From contig JAHRHZ010000013.1 in NCBI GenBank assembly GCA_024137785.1, positions 14,054,535-14,118,534 on the forward strand: DNA of 64,000 nucleotides, written 5' to 3'. Under the pieces are notes generated by a model that was not told the DNA's origin, did not search any database, and saw only the letters and a list, made by a program, of their open reading frames with translations. Of the stretch, positions 37,615 to 49,943 are shown piece by piece. Position 1 is the stretch's first letter; every line of letters starts with the position of its first letter. The stretch is from Ginglymostoma cirratum (taxonomy: Eukaryota). Both the position numbers and the translations under genes were made by a program.

Positions 37615-39665
37615 GTATTTCTCTTGCTTCCTACATAGTATTCACTTCATGAGTCCACTGCTTGTAGTCTATTTGAATTGATTTATGGCCTCCAAACTCA
37701 TCAAAGGAAAGTTTTTTGTCTTGAAGAATGAGTCTTCAATGTTAGGCCATGTATCCATGTTCTGAGAGCAGCTCAGGACAATCTAGCAGGTAACTAACCT
37801 CAGAATACTACAACCAACCATGAAAAAAAATGAGCTGACGAGCTTGACCAGGCCCTGAACATTTCAGTCGGTGAATAAGGGCTTAGGATTACTGCCTTTA
37901 CAAGGTGAACCACTGAAAGCATAGTGCAAGGGTCCATATTGGATATCAAAATGATTGGGAAAGCAAATGATGCAATTGATACTCCAGATCATCAGGAAAA
38001 AGGATTGGCTGTGTTCCATCAATACATTGAAGCTATATCACTATCAGGAAACCAGTATAGATGTGTCAGGTGATAAAGAAGGGGAAAATGAAAGAAACAG
38101 TGAGGATGATGTAGAAGAGGGCCTAGACAATTTTTATATTGGACTACCTACTATCTGGTTAACTAACACTAAAATGTTAATAAGATTTGACACCTTTCGT
38201 AGCTTCACAGCTTTCTTATTTAAAGACCAAGGAACAAAACAGGGTTACTCACTGAATTTAAAGGCATCTATAAGGAAAAACTAATATATACAACCTTAGT
38301 GAACATGATGTGAATATGTGAGAATCCTTTCTTATAAAACAATATTCTTATCACGTAAATCCAAAGAAACTGGCCCGGAAAACTGAAAATTGAAACCCAA
38401 TATATGTTGGAAAGCCGTCTAACTGAACCCAAGCAATGCAGATGGAGTTCCCCAGTAATAGAGATAAAAGGTACTGCAGATGCTGGAGAATCTGAGATAA
38501 CAAGCATGGGGCTGGATGAACACAGCAGGTCAAGCAGCATCATAGGAGCAGGCTCATTCCCCAGTAATGTTAGCTTGATGGTTTAACTGAATTCTGCACA
38601 ATCTACTGAAAGGTCATTACAGTATCAAAGTCAGGGACCTACCCAATTGCTTGCCTTGGAAACTTTATTGATGAAGTTAGCAGGTTTTTTTACCAAAGCT
38701 GATTTGTTATAGATATACTGCAAAGATGCTTTAATATGTAGAACTAAACATATATCAACCTTTGTCACATCAGGTGATCTTTTCCAATGCTAAGTGATGC
38801 CAGTTGGGTTAAAAAATGTTCCAGCACCTCCCCAAAGACTGATAAACTAAGTAGTAGCCAGTGTTCATAATTGTGTAATTTATGTTGACGTTATGCTGGT
38901 ATAGAGTGAAATATGAGAGCATCACTTGCAACAACAAGAGGCTTTGTTTGGGAATTTACAATCATCTGATTTAGTGATAAACCATGCCAAAAGTGAATTT
39001 GCAAAGTTGCGAGTAACTTGCCTCAGGGAAATAGTAGGATAAGGGCAAACTTGTGACCAAGAATAATTAAAGTACAAGAATTAATGGATTTCCTTGATGC
39101 TAGAGCTTAATGAAAAGTAATAGGAATTTTTGGGGAAGCGTATTTTCTTTTGCAGGTTTGTACCAAATTTCAGCAATATGGCCTGTCCACTGACAAATCT
39201 GCTTCAAAGTAAATGCAAGGCGATATGGTCAAGCATCTTTGGAAAAGATTAGATTTGGCTTGATCAATTAAGCAGTGCCGACTGCCCTGCATTTCACTAA
39301 GTCCTTCAAGGTATCAATTGATAATGAAGATTTGGGTGCGGTTCTGTTACAAAAACACAGTTCGGGCATTGAGAACCCAATAGGATACTTTTCTGAAAAG
39401 CAAATTCAACATAAAAAGAATACTCAATGCTGGAAAGAGAAACCCTGGGATTGCTACAGGCTCTTAAACAGTTTGAAGGATGTTCATCGTGGCCGCAGAG
39501 AACAGTTGGTATACACTGATCATAACTCATTAGCCTTTGTCGAAAAATACAAAAATAAAAATTCCAGATTGTTTCAATTGTGTTTGCCATTACAGCCTCA
39601 TCTTTTCAAGAGTGTTTTCCCTGTGATGTGAACAATGTAATCAGCAGTGTTTTGTCAAGAATATA
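37615..39665 (+). mobile_element. Ty3/Gypsy LTR retrotransposon pol relic with INT-RT-RNaseH order (Gmr1-like)
   Basis: Integrase end HEST..FELIYG (37648-37690) and LLPLQGEPLKA*CKGPY (37889-37940). Then RT VMPVGLKNVPA..QRLI..CVIYVDV..AKSEFAK (38790-39010). Then RNase H FTKSFKVSID..GAVLLQ..PIGYFS..VYTDHNSL..NSRL (39290-39570). Confidence 0.85.
38460..38556 (-). mobile_element. 5'-truncated Penelope-like tail with 12-bp TSD
   Basis: TSD ttccccagtaat at 38448-38459 and 38557-38568. Confidence 0.85.
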
Positions 39666-39717
39666 AACTTGCTTGATTTGTGTAACTGCTAACAATGTAT
39701 CAGAGATCACTATATAA

Positions 39718-40260
39718 ATTGAATGAATTAGCTTTTACTGTCATGTACTCATTTGCATGAGTACGTGAAAAGTTTACAAGCTGCCGCTTATGGTGTCATC
39801 TTAGGTACAAATGTACCTAGGCACAGAATTTTAGTACAAAGCAGAAAAGTAAATAAAGCAGGTTAAGAAATTACACATCCCAGTCCCACACAGTAAAAGG
39901 TAGAAAAACAAGAATTACAGCTAATAGTTTAACATCGCAGTCTGTACGTGCTTGGCCATGTTGGGCTTGCACTCCTCAAGGGCTTGATGCCACACTCACT
40001 GTCGCCTCAGGGCTGCCTGCTCCCACTGTCACTGCCTTGGGGGTGCTTGTTCCTGATCTCACTGTCTCAGGGCTGCCTGCTCCCACTGTCGCTGCCTTTT
40101 CCTGCTCTCACCGCCTTGGAGCTGCCTGTTCCTGATCTCACCGCCTCGGGGCTGCCTGTTCCTGATCTCACTGCCTCGGGGCTGCCTGCTCCCTTTCTCA
40201 CCACTGCTTGGGATGTCTGCCATTGACAGTGGGGACCATTCTTGCCATGGACTCGCACCT
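39718..40260 (-). mobile_element. Non-autonomous retroelement with Rex1-like 3' tail and internal tandem repeats
   Basis: Reverse complement has gtacctaagatg...cttttcac...gagtacatgacagtaaa, shared with 62150-62245 and similar to the Rex1 tail at 44410-44455. Confidence 0.6.
39995..40212. repeat. ~30-bp minisatellite (~7 degenerate units)
   Basis: Unit gggctgcctgttcctgatctcaccgcctcg. Confidence 0.85.
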
Positions 40261-40689
40261 CACATAAGGAAAGTAAACTAGACTAAGCAAACAAGTTGTG
40301 AAAGAACAGGAAAATATGAAAGAAATAAAGATAAAAGCATACAGAGCAGACAAGTTGCATGCGAGCAGGAGCCTGCTGCACTGTGCTGCTACTCTGCTGC
40401 CACATTTTACAGGTTTGAAGAACAAATAAGATGGAGTGTTTGAATGTGGCTTCATTTTTTTTGGTTTTGTCTACAACGTAAAATGAAACATTAAAAAATG
40501 TTGTTTTATTTTTCCAAGAATTATATTACAAAGACACTTCATATTTAGTGCTTCTTGGAGGGGTTAACTTTTGAAGTATTATGGAAAAAATGATTTATTT
40601 CAAGCTCTTGAAGATGCCTTGACTAGTTTCTTAAAAAGAGGTCACAATGAACACAAGTTCCTGGAAACTGCAGGCAGAATAGGCCTGAA

Positions 40690-42720
40690 AGGGTGGGCTA
40701 TGGCAAGATTAGAGGCAGAATTGCACTAGAGGTCCAACAAGGCCTCACTTGACTTAGGGCACAACTTGCTGTATCTTTTGTGCATCTGTTAAGTGACATG
40801 GTGAATTACTCACAATGCAACAATGACTTGGCAATTAAGAGGGATTACAGCTTGTTAAATGCCTTATTAACTCCAGAACTCACCTCATTAATATTCAGGT
40901 TCCTATCTTACCCAAGGTGCCAATCAGGCTCGACATTGAGAATTATGGACAAGGAAGTCAGAGCATTCAGCTCGTCACTTGCTCTATGCTGGGCACTAGG
41001 CACCAGTGTTTCAATGGCACCTGCCACTCTCAACCCATGTTCACATATACAGAGTTCTGATAAAGAATCACTGGACCTGAAACATTAGGTCTGCTTTTTC
41101 CCCACAGACTTGCTGAGTTTCTGCAGCTATTTCTGATTTTGTTCCACATCCACAGACATTGGGATTTGATGTGTACTCTAAGGACTCTCATGACACATGT
41201 CCATTCACTAACATGACACTTCTAGGTTCCAAAGCTGTACCTCATATGACACCAGCAATGATTACACTATTGTAACACTGCAGCAAGGTTACTGTGTGCT
41301 CAGGGATACACATCCAGCTCATTGCCCACACAAGGTTGTTCACCATATCCAGCCTGTTCACCTCCTATCATAGCACCCATACTCACCCTGGATGCTCACA
41401 GCATTCTGCCTGGCCTGGTCTTTCCTCTTTACACTTTGCCCTTCAGCCAGAAATCCTAGCTTCACGGTGCTGGTGTCTTTCCCTGATTTCTCATGCAAAT
41501 ACAAAGCCAGAAAGCTTGTCATAGTTGTCCGCATTGCTCAGTCAAGTTGAGGGTAACAGGTTTGTGACTGGTGTGGCACAGTAAGACAAGAACAGCCTCT
41601 GATACCATTGCAAGGGCTTGGACATGGTGAAACAGCTATTTGGGCAGTTCAGCGTCAGGCTGTTTTCCACACAAGGGGTTAGGAACTAAATGTCACTCAG
41701 GCCACCATCCAGCTTCACTTTTTTTGTCCTGTTGTAGACTGTTTGCCTCCTGGAGTGAGAGACAGGCAGATATTTAAGAGAGATGAATGTACGTAACACA
41801 GCTGTTACTTTGGCTGCAGGTGGAGAGGTGCCTGAAGAAAGGGAGTAAGCAGTGCAGAGGGCATGTGGGGTTAGTGATGTCAGGGGTTGGGATGGGTGAT
41901 AGTCAGTCAGTGGGGGAAAACATTACAGGTAATGGTGAGAGTGGTGGTGTATGAGCCTTGGTGGTAGGTGGATGCAGTAGCAGAGATAGTGAATGTAAGA
42001 TATCTGAGAGAGGATATGACACTTACGCTAGTAAACTGGAGAAGGATATTGACTCCCCTAGATGGCTGAGAACGGAGCCTGAGAACGGTGGCAACTTCTG
42101 ACCAGTCTGGCATGTTCTGGTATCATAGCCTTGGCTACCAGTCCTAGAGGATGAGGACCTCTCACCTCTGCGCCATTCTGTTCAGCTGGACCTCCAGGTC
42201 CCTGCCTGCAAAGTAAGGTGCCAAATTTCCTTTTTCCACCATGTCCAGGGCAAATGTCAGGAACTATGCACAGCAGCTCTGATAGTACATTGTATATGTC
42301 TGTGTGTGTGATTTTGTGTGTGTGTGAGCATGTGTGTAAGTGTGTTTTTGTGTGTGTATGAGCATGTGTGTGTATGTATTTTTGTGTGTGTTTTTGTGTG
42401 CATGTGAGCATGTGTGTGTTTTTGTGTGTGTCTGAACGTGTGTGTGTGTATTTTTGTGTGTGAGTGTGAGCATGTGTGTAGTATGTGTGTGTGTGAGTCT
42501 GCATGCATGTGTGTGTGTCTGTGTGTGTGTTTGTGTGTGTATGTGTTTGCGCCTGAGTGTGCGTCTGTGTGTCTCCTGTCCCACACTGCTAGAGGTATCA
42601 CAGTTATTGAGTACATGCAGAGTAGTTTGAGTGAAGCAATAAATTTCACTTCTGCATGGTGGACCTAGCTGTTCCTCTACTGCTTCAGGCAAACCACTGA
42701 ACACCCTTGTGTGGGAGAAT
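40690..42720 (-). mobile_element. Harbinger-related Myb/SANT-like element (copy B)
   Basis: GRDLEVQLNRM...PDWSEVAT...GVNILL on the minus strand; collinear with 17820-19660. Contains a PLE fragment at ~41052-41143. Confidence 0.55.
42290..42575. repeat. Long degenerate (TG)n microsatellite
   Basis: Seen directly; it produces the spurious His/Thr- and Cys/Val-rich ORFs. Confidence 0.95.
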
Positions 42721-44400
42721 TATTGTAAATCTTAACTGTTTTTACAAAGACCTGTGGCAATGTATTTCATATCTTGAGATGCAGCAGATCCAAAATATGA
42801 CAAAATATATATATATTCCAGCATCTGCAGCACCTTTTATCTCTGATATAATGTTTGTTACTTTTTCTGTTAGAATGTAATGCAGAAAATTCCCACAAGG
42901 ATTTTCTAAATTAATGTTTCTACCAACTTTTAACACAAGGGAAATTTTATACTTTTTAATTTGGGTGCTTCCGCCTGTGAGGTCAGTTTGATTTCATTTC
43001 ATTTTCTACTACACATTTGTCCTCTTTACATATTTTTCCGGTATATTCACTGTCGACAATATGAGTCATATGTTACAAAACTCCACAAGCAAATTTGTTA
43101 AACTCATTCTTTTGAGAACCCACTGCGGGAATTAGCAAATCGAGTCTAATCTCTGCTAGGGTTGAATGTGTGCGTTTTAATTATAATGACTGCTGTTAGA
43201 GCAACTCTCATCCAGGTGTTTCTTTTGGCAAGCTACACTGGCACCTAGTGTCAGCCTCTACAATTTGCTGTGAATTTCCAAGCAACCAATTTCATTGGAA
43301 AACCGGTAGTCATGCATTAATTTATGCTAAGTTGCACTTTTATTTTACATTTTATATTGTCATCAGCAGAACCATGACTCATAGGTCAGTTTCATTTATA
43401 CATTTCAGTTGTATTTGAATCATATCATTTTCACTTGACACTAGCTGCAGGCTCTACCACTACCAGAGACACTCAGACAACTGACCCCATTATGAATCTG
43501 ATGGGTGTTCAGTCTTTGATTTTTTTTGATACGTTAATGGTTGCTGGCAGACATTTCTCCTGTCCAGACAAGCTGTTAATTAGTAATGGGGATGCTTTGA
43601 TAGAAACCCTAGTTTAGCCATGAATTTGTCACAATGAAGTGCATCTATACTAATTGATTGGCAGCATGATGGTTCTCCAATTGCTGTTTTAGTTCAGAAG
43701 CTGGGAGACTGGTGTCTGGGAGCCAGCACCTCGTGTTTAGACTGACAATTCCTGTAATGTGTCAGAAATCTCATGAACCCACTTTATCCATGAATTAATT
43801 TTGAATGGTCCAGGCTGGTTAGGGGCACTGAGTGATGATACAACTGATATCAAGTGTTGAGGGAGTGTTTGATTTTACTACTGCTTTGTTGTTAGGATTG
43901 CATATTCTATGGTCACTGCCAGTAGAATTCTTTCACTAACAGCTTCTTAGTTTACGTTTCTTCAAATGTTATGGAAACATGAGCTAAACTCTTTGATCTG
44001 CTTTAAGCCTAACTCTTTGCTGAAACACGAACTGGCCATCAAAGATGGAGAATAACATTTTGTGAATTCTGGAATGTAGTGGCTGACAGAAAGAGAGATT
44101 TCATGCAGCCTGATTGCATTCATAGCCCACAGCACATAACACAGAAAGCTGCAAGGAACATCAATTGGCCACAGTGATTAAAACATGTCAGTAAATCAGA
44201 AGTCTTCACAGAGTAGAGGAAGAAAAGAGTGCCCAGAAAGTTCACCAGTGGGAACAGCATGAGGAAATGGGGTGTGGTCATTGCTATTAAAGGATCCCAC
44301 TAATGAGAGCTAGACCCAGCCAATATCACAGAGCATTAGAAATAGAGCATAGCTCTTTGTAAGTATGAAGCATTCAAGGACACTGAGGATTAACAAGATA

Positions 44401-46380
44401 TTTTTTCAACGATCGATTTATTGTCACACGTACCCGAGTACAGTGAAAAGCTTTGTTTACGTGCAGCACAGGCAAATCATAGTAAGCAAGGGTGTACAGA
44501 TCAAAGCTTGTAAAAAAGACTTAGACAGAGGCAACAAGGTATAGAGCTGGATGAACACAACAGGCCAAGCAGCATCAGAGGAGCAGGAAGGCTGACATTT
44601 CGGGCATAGACCCTTCTTCAGAAGGGTCTAGGCCCGAACATTCAGCCTTCCTGCTCTGATGCTGCTTGGCCTGCTGTGTTCATCCAGCTCTACACCTTGT
44701 TATCTCGGCTTCTCCAGCATCTGCAGTTCCTGCTATCTCTTAGACAGAGGCATACGGGTTACATTGCACAGGCTGTGCACTAGGCGAGATCAACATTAGC
44801 AAGATCAGCATTATTTGAGGCTAGACAGCCCGTTCATCAGCCTAATAATGACTGGGAAGAAGCTGTTACTGAACCTGCTCGTGTGTGTGTTCAGGCTTCT
44901 GTATCTTCTGCCTGATGGAAGAGGTTGTAGGAGGTCATTACAGGGGTGGGATGTGTCTCTGATAATGTTGGCAGCCTTTCCGTGGCAACAAGTCATGGAA
45001 GTATAGTCCATGGATGGAAGGTTGGCTTCCATGATAGTCTGGGCTGTGCACACCACCCTCTGTAGTTTCTTATGGTCCTGGGCAGATCAGTTGCCATACT
45101 AGACCGTTATGCACCCAAACAGTATGCTTCTGTAGAAGACGGTGAGGGACCTTTTGGACATGCCAAATTTCCTGAGCTGCCTGAGGAAGAACAGGCATTG
45201 TTGTGCCTTCTTGACTGTCACATCTACATGGGAAGTCCAGGGTAGGTCGACAGTTATCATTACTCTGAGGAACTTGGTGCTCTTCACACTCTCAACCTCA
45301 GCTCCATCAATGCAGATGGGGGCATGTTCTCCTCCTTTCTTTCTGAAGTCAATGATCAGTTCTTTAGTTTTGCTGACGTTGAGAGAGAGGTTGTTTTCAT
45401 TGCACCCTGTCACCAAGCTCTCCATCTCCCTTCTGTATTTTGACTCATCATTGTTAGATATCTGCCCCACTGCGGTGGTATTGTCAGCAAACTTTTAGAT
45501 GGTGTTCATTTGGAATTTGGCAACACAGTGATGGTCTCAGAGTTTTGACATCAGTCTGGAGGTGATGATGGTGTTGAAGGTGGACCTGTAGTCAATGAGC
45601 AGGAATATACATAGGTGTCATTGTTGTCCAGATGGTCCAGATGCAGGGCTAGGGATATGGCATCTGCAGTGGACCTGTTACATCAGTAGCCAAATTGTAG
45701 GGGATTGAGACAGGCTGGGAGACTGGAGTTGATGGGGGCCATGACCATCCTCTCGAAGCACTTCATGATTATTAACGTCAGAGCTATTGGGCAGTAGTCA
45801 TTAAGGCACACTGCATGTGTTTTCTTTGGTACGGGGATGAGGGTGGCCTTCTTGAAGCAGGTGGGGACTTCGGCTTGTAGGATGGAGGGGTTGAAGATGT
45901 CGGTGAAAACCTCGGCCAGCTGTCCCCACAGGATCTGAGTGCTCGGCCGGGAACGCTATCCGGGCCTGTCACTTTCCTTGGGTTGACTCACAGGAAGGCC
46001 GATCTGACGTCTGCAGCAGAGACGGAGGAAACGAGTGTGTCCGGGGCTGTTGGGCAGGTGTCACCATGCCACTGGCATTCTGCTCACACCGAGCACAGAA
46101 AGCATTGAGCGAGTCAGGGAAGGATGTGTCTTTGTCCACTCTCTTGCTCTGCTTCATTTTGTGTCCCGTAATATTGTTTAGACCTCGCCATAGATGGTGG
46201 GAGCCTGTTTGGTAGGTTTGGGCCTCTAACTTGGTCCGGTACTGCTTCTTGTCATCCCTAATGTCTTTGTGGAGGTCACATCTGGATTTCTTCTTTTGGG
46301 CTGATTGATCCAACTTGAATGCTACACGTCTGGTCTTCGGTAGGGAGTGGATTTCCTGGTTCATCTAAGTTTTATGGCTA
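44401..46380 (-). mobile_element. Rex1/Babar LINE, 5'-truncated
   Basis: [33 protein letters not shown], and ISNNDESKYRRE..NNLSLNVSKTKELIIDFRK..KKAQQCLFFLRQLRKF (DUF1891-type region); tail cttttcactgtactcgggtacgtgtgacaataaa. Confidence 0.9.
44534..44738. mobile_element. Foldback Penelope-like mini-element with 14-bp TSD and intact hammerhead core on the minus arm
   Basis: TSD cttagacagaggca at 44520-44533 and 44739-44752. Minus arm 44592-44621 reads CTGAAGA-A-GGGT-CTAT-GCCC-GAAA-TG-TC-AG. Confidence 0.9.
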
Positions 46381-49300
46381 CTGTGGCGGGGGAGGGGAGC
46401 ATATAGCAGACCCACAACAGGCTTTCAAATTAACTGATTTCACTGACACACCAATATCATGGTTGCTGCAAGAAAACCAATTTTAAATGAATAGAGGGTA
46501 GATGTATCTATTCGTTCAGGTGCAATACCATGTTGAAGTAAAAAAAAATTCTCAGGTCATACTCCATTCAACACTGGAGCACAGAAGGTGTTAGCATTAG
46601 AATGAGTAAACAGAAGCACACTACACTTTGCCCCAGTAGAAGAAAGAACACAGATACATTGTATTCAAACCTAATCATTACACTTCTTTCTTAAGTGGAG
46701 ATGCTTGCCTGGCTTTGCACATACCTTTTTTAGTAAGCACAACAGACGCTTAAGTTGACCAAGCGTATCAAGAATCACTGTGACAGAAACTCCGGCCTGG
46801 AGGACTAGCGAAACACAATACAGATCCTACGTTTGCCACAAAAGGAAAGCTAGAAACAGTTGGGGGGTTTCTTGCTGGAAGCCCCAAAGATGTAAGTGAT
46901 CATCTATGAGAGGGAAGGTCATTCTAGACCTAAGTTTGCTCTTTCAGGACAGAGAAGGAACGTAAGACTCATGCCATACATTTAGTGGAAATAAATATCT
47001 TACCCTTGCAGTAATCTTGGATATGAATGCCACTGTTTGTGAAATCTTTACTAAAACCTTTGAGCAAAGTCATCCCTGTTTTCGAAGAAAGTTACAAAGC
47101 TATAGCTCTCAGAAAACGATTTTATGCCTTTGAAACTACCCATAAAGTGGTCTTTCAACAACTGCAAGCTGCTAATGGAAAACCATCTTTAGGAAAGAAT
47201 ATGTTTAAGTTCAAATTCAATCAGACCAACAGTCAACACGCAGAAATTGTTTGTGCGCAAAAATGGTAGCTCGAGTCTGTAATTGAGTCTAATCAACAAA
47301 CTATGGAAACATTCAAAAGATTTTTCAGTAAAGTGGTAGCAGTCCTAATTGTTAGAGATGTGGATACTTGGAGAAGCTTTTAGATCAGCATCAAAAGGAG
47401 CTTGATCAGATCAAAGTTAAAAAAAAAGAGTTGGAACATTCCACCTAGAAAGAGGCTAATAACCTAAAAGCCAAGGTATTAGCGATCATACAACACTATC
47501 AAGTGAGTGTTCTCATCCAATTGATACAACAAAGAGATAGCTTGATGGAGAATAAGCGTACTTTCATGGAAACATTCAGAGGTCCAGCCTTACTGTTAAC
47601 CATCAGCTAAGGAAAACCTGCTCCAACCAGAATAACAATACCAATAATTTTTGTCTGTAGAGCAGATTCACACTAAAGCAAGTGTGGCCCTAATACAAAT
47701 ATCTATAGAAAGTGCATTTCCAACTGTCATCAGGGGATGTTCTCCTCCCCTTATGACAGGCTTGGTCTTTGTTCTTCTTTTCATTCCCCCATTTATCGCT
47801 TGCAACACAGAGACAGAATGTCAGTTTGTCATCTTCCTCTTCCATCAGTTGTAATAGTTCAAATGCTGGAGGGTGGTCTTTTCAATTACTTTTTCCATGA
47901 TTGGTTCTGAGGTTGCTCAGAGAGAAGATGAGTTGCAGTGTGAAACAACCATCTCAGTGATCACCTTCCAGGACAATAGCAAGGGAGTCCTTACATTCTG
48001 TGCATATGTGTAAGTGTTATGTCATAGTGATGTTAGCTCACATGGAAATGGAAGCTGAGTTCATGCAGTTCCAGAAAATGTCCTCTCTCACTATCCCATG
48101 TTACAGTTATATCTAATAAAGGCTGTCACTGTTTAGTCACCTAAGTCTAGACTTGATCTTACTACATTTAGTGTTCTGTTCTTCTGTTGTCTTTCAATTC
48201 CAAGCACGATGGGACAATGCACAACATAATCTTTTGGGTAACAGACTAGCAGAATGAACCTCTGCTATGGTGAAATCTTGTTGCCTTTTTATACTCATTT
48301 TGGAAGATTAACTGTAAGAACATTTTGACTAGCTGTGCTTCATAATTTCGTAACTATTGCTTAGTTCTTTCAGATGTTGATTTTTATTTTCACTTCCTTT
48401 TCCTACTGCAATTATAATTATTCATCTCCCTTTTCAGGACATATTTTCTGAGATACACAACAGCACCTTTTGGATAGCAAGACCATTCATTAGAAATTTG
48501 CTTTGACCTCAGAGATGGAGGGTGAAGAGTATTTAGGCCAAGAACAGAGACAAATATATTGACATCAGAGGACAGCGCAATAGACTTCAACCAACTCAAG
48601 AAGCTGGAGGCATAATTTCCTGGATGTATCTTTGGAGTTATACCTTGATCACTTCATCCTCTACAAGAAGGTAGTCAGAGAATGTTGCCTTCTGCAAAAG
48701 TGGGAACTCTCCAAACCTCTTCTGTAACAGCCATGGCTTCCCCTTTGTGGGAAAATTTAAAACTGTCCTTAACACTTATCACTTTTGTAAATGGTGTATA
48801 ACACATTGAAGAGTATGCATTGCACACTGATGAATAGAGTTGTTTACCAGGGCAAATGAGTTTATGAGATTTCTTAAGTATCTAAATCATCAATAGAGGA
48901 GTGTCCTTCATTTATTCAGAATAGCTGGTTTCCTAACAATCAGGACTTCACTAATGGAATCCAAGTGGATAGAGAGACTCCATTCAACAATGCTGTTATG
49001 ACAGGAGTCTGATTTTCTACCCCATTGTCTCCAGCGGATGGAAAATCAGACGCTGTAAATCTGTGACATCCTGATTGATGCTCAACCCTCCAAATAAACT
49101 CTTCAATGAAAAATGGTGGACAAGCAGGAGTAATGGTTCCTTCCCCTTCAATTTGCAGTTTTTCCTCTTTCACCTTCTTTGTTTCATGCCATGCAAGTCT
49201 GATTGTGAATGTAGTATATTTCACCATGCCAAATTAATGTGCAAGAATGAAACAAGTTGTAGCCAAGACATCTGTGTAATAAATGGAAATGGAAATCTTT

Positions 49301-49469
49301 AAAAAGATATTTGCCTTGAGATATCGTTGTTGTACAAATTTATTTTGTACGTTTGAGATGCATTTACACAGAACTTCTGCTATTTCAGCTATAGGGAAGG
49401 AGAAAGCCCAAAGCTGTTTTGAATATTCTTGGAAGACAGTCTCTCATTCTAAACCAACTGAGCAATTGA

Positions 49470-49843
49470 CATCTCAAAGCACTTTAGGTCAGCGAAGTAC
49501 TTTTAAAATGTAGTAACTGCTATAACATACAAAACACAGTAGACAATATGGGCATAGCCATCTCCCAGCAATATGACAATGACCAGATTATGTTTTTGTG
49601 ATGTTAATGAATGAATAAATATTGGCCAGGACAGCACAGTAAAGACCATGCTCTTCTTTGAAATAGTACCATCCTTTAATTTGACCCAAGTAGGAAGATG
49701 GGTTTCTGAAAGATGGTACTTCCAAAGGTGGAACAGTCCCTCAGTGCTGTGATAAAGTGTCAGCCTTAATTTTTACGCTTGAGTCAGACTCAAACCTAGA
49801 GTCTTATAACTCTCAGGTAAGAGTCTACCAGCTGAACCATGCT
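49470..49843 (-). mobile_element. DeuSINE (SacSINE1-like)
   Basis: Deu-domain-like ataaatattggccaggac...ctcttctttgaaatagt, tRNA head at 49780-49843 and an L2-like tail. Confidence 0.75.
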
Positions 49844-49943
49844 GACAGTAAACTTGTACTTTCTGGTTATATTGCAAAGGCTGCCATTGATCTATCTGAG
49901 GAAATATATTATCATAATAAGCCTTTGGCCTTCCATAAAATTT

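Noticed and set aside
39948-40258. Repetitive-peptide ORFs or a CRISPR-like array
   Set aside because: Head-to-tail 30-bp minisatellite with no unique spacers, inside a retroelement; eukaryotic context with no cas genes.
42058-42704. His/Thr-rich and Cys/Val-rich ORFs
   Set aside because: Translations of a (TG)n microsatellite.
48015-48166. Short solo LTR (TG...CA with AATAAA)
   Set aside because: Flanks gtaag/tttag are a poor TSD and there is no second copy in the window.
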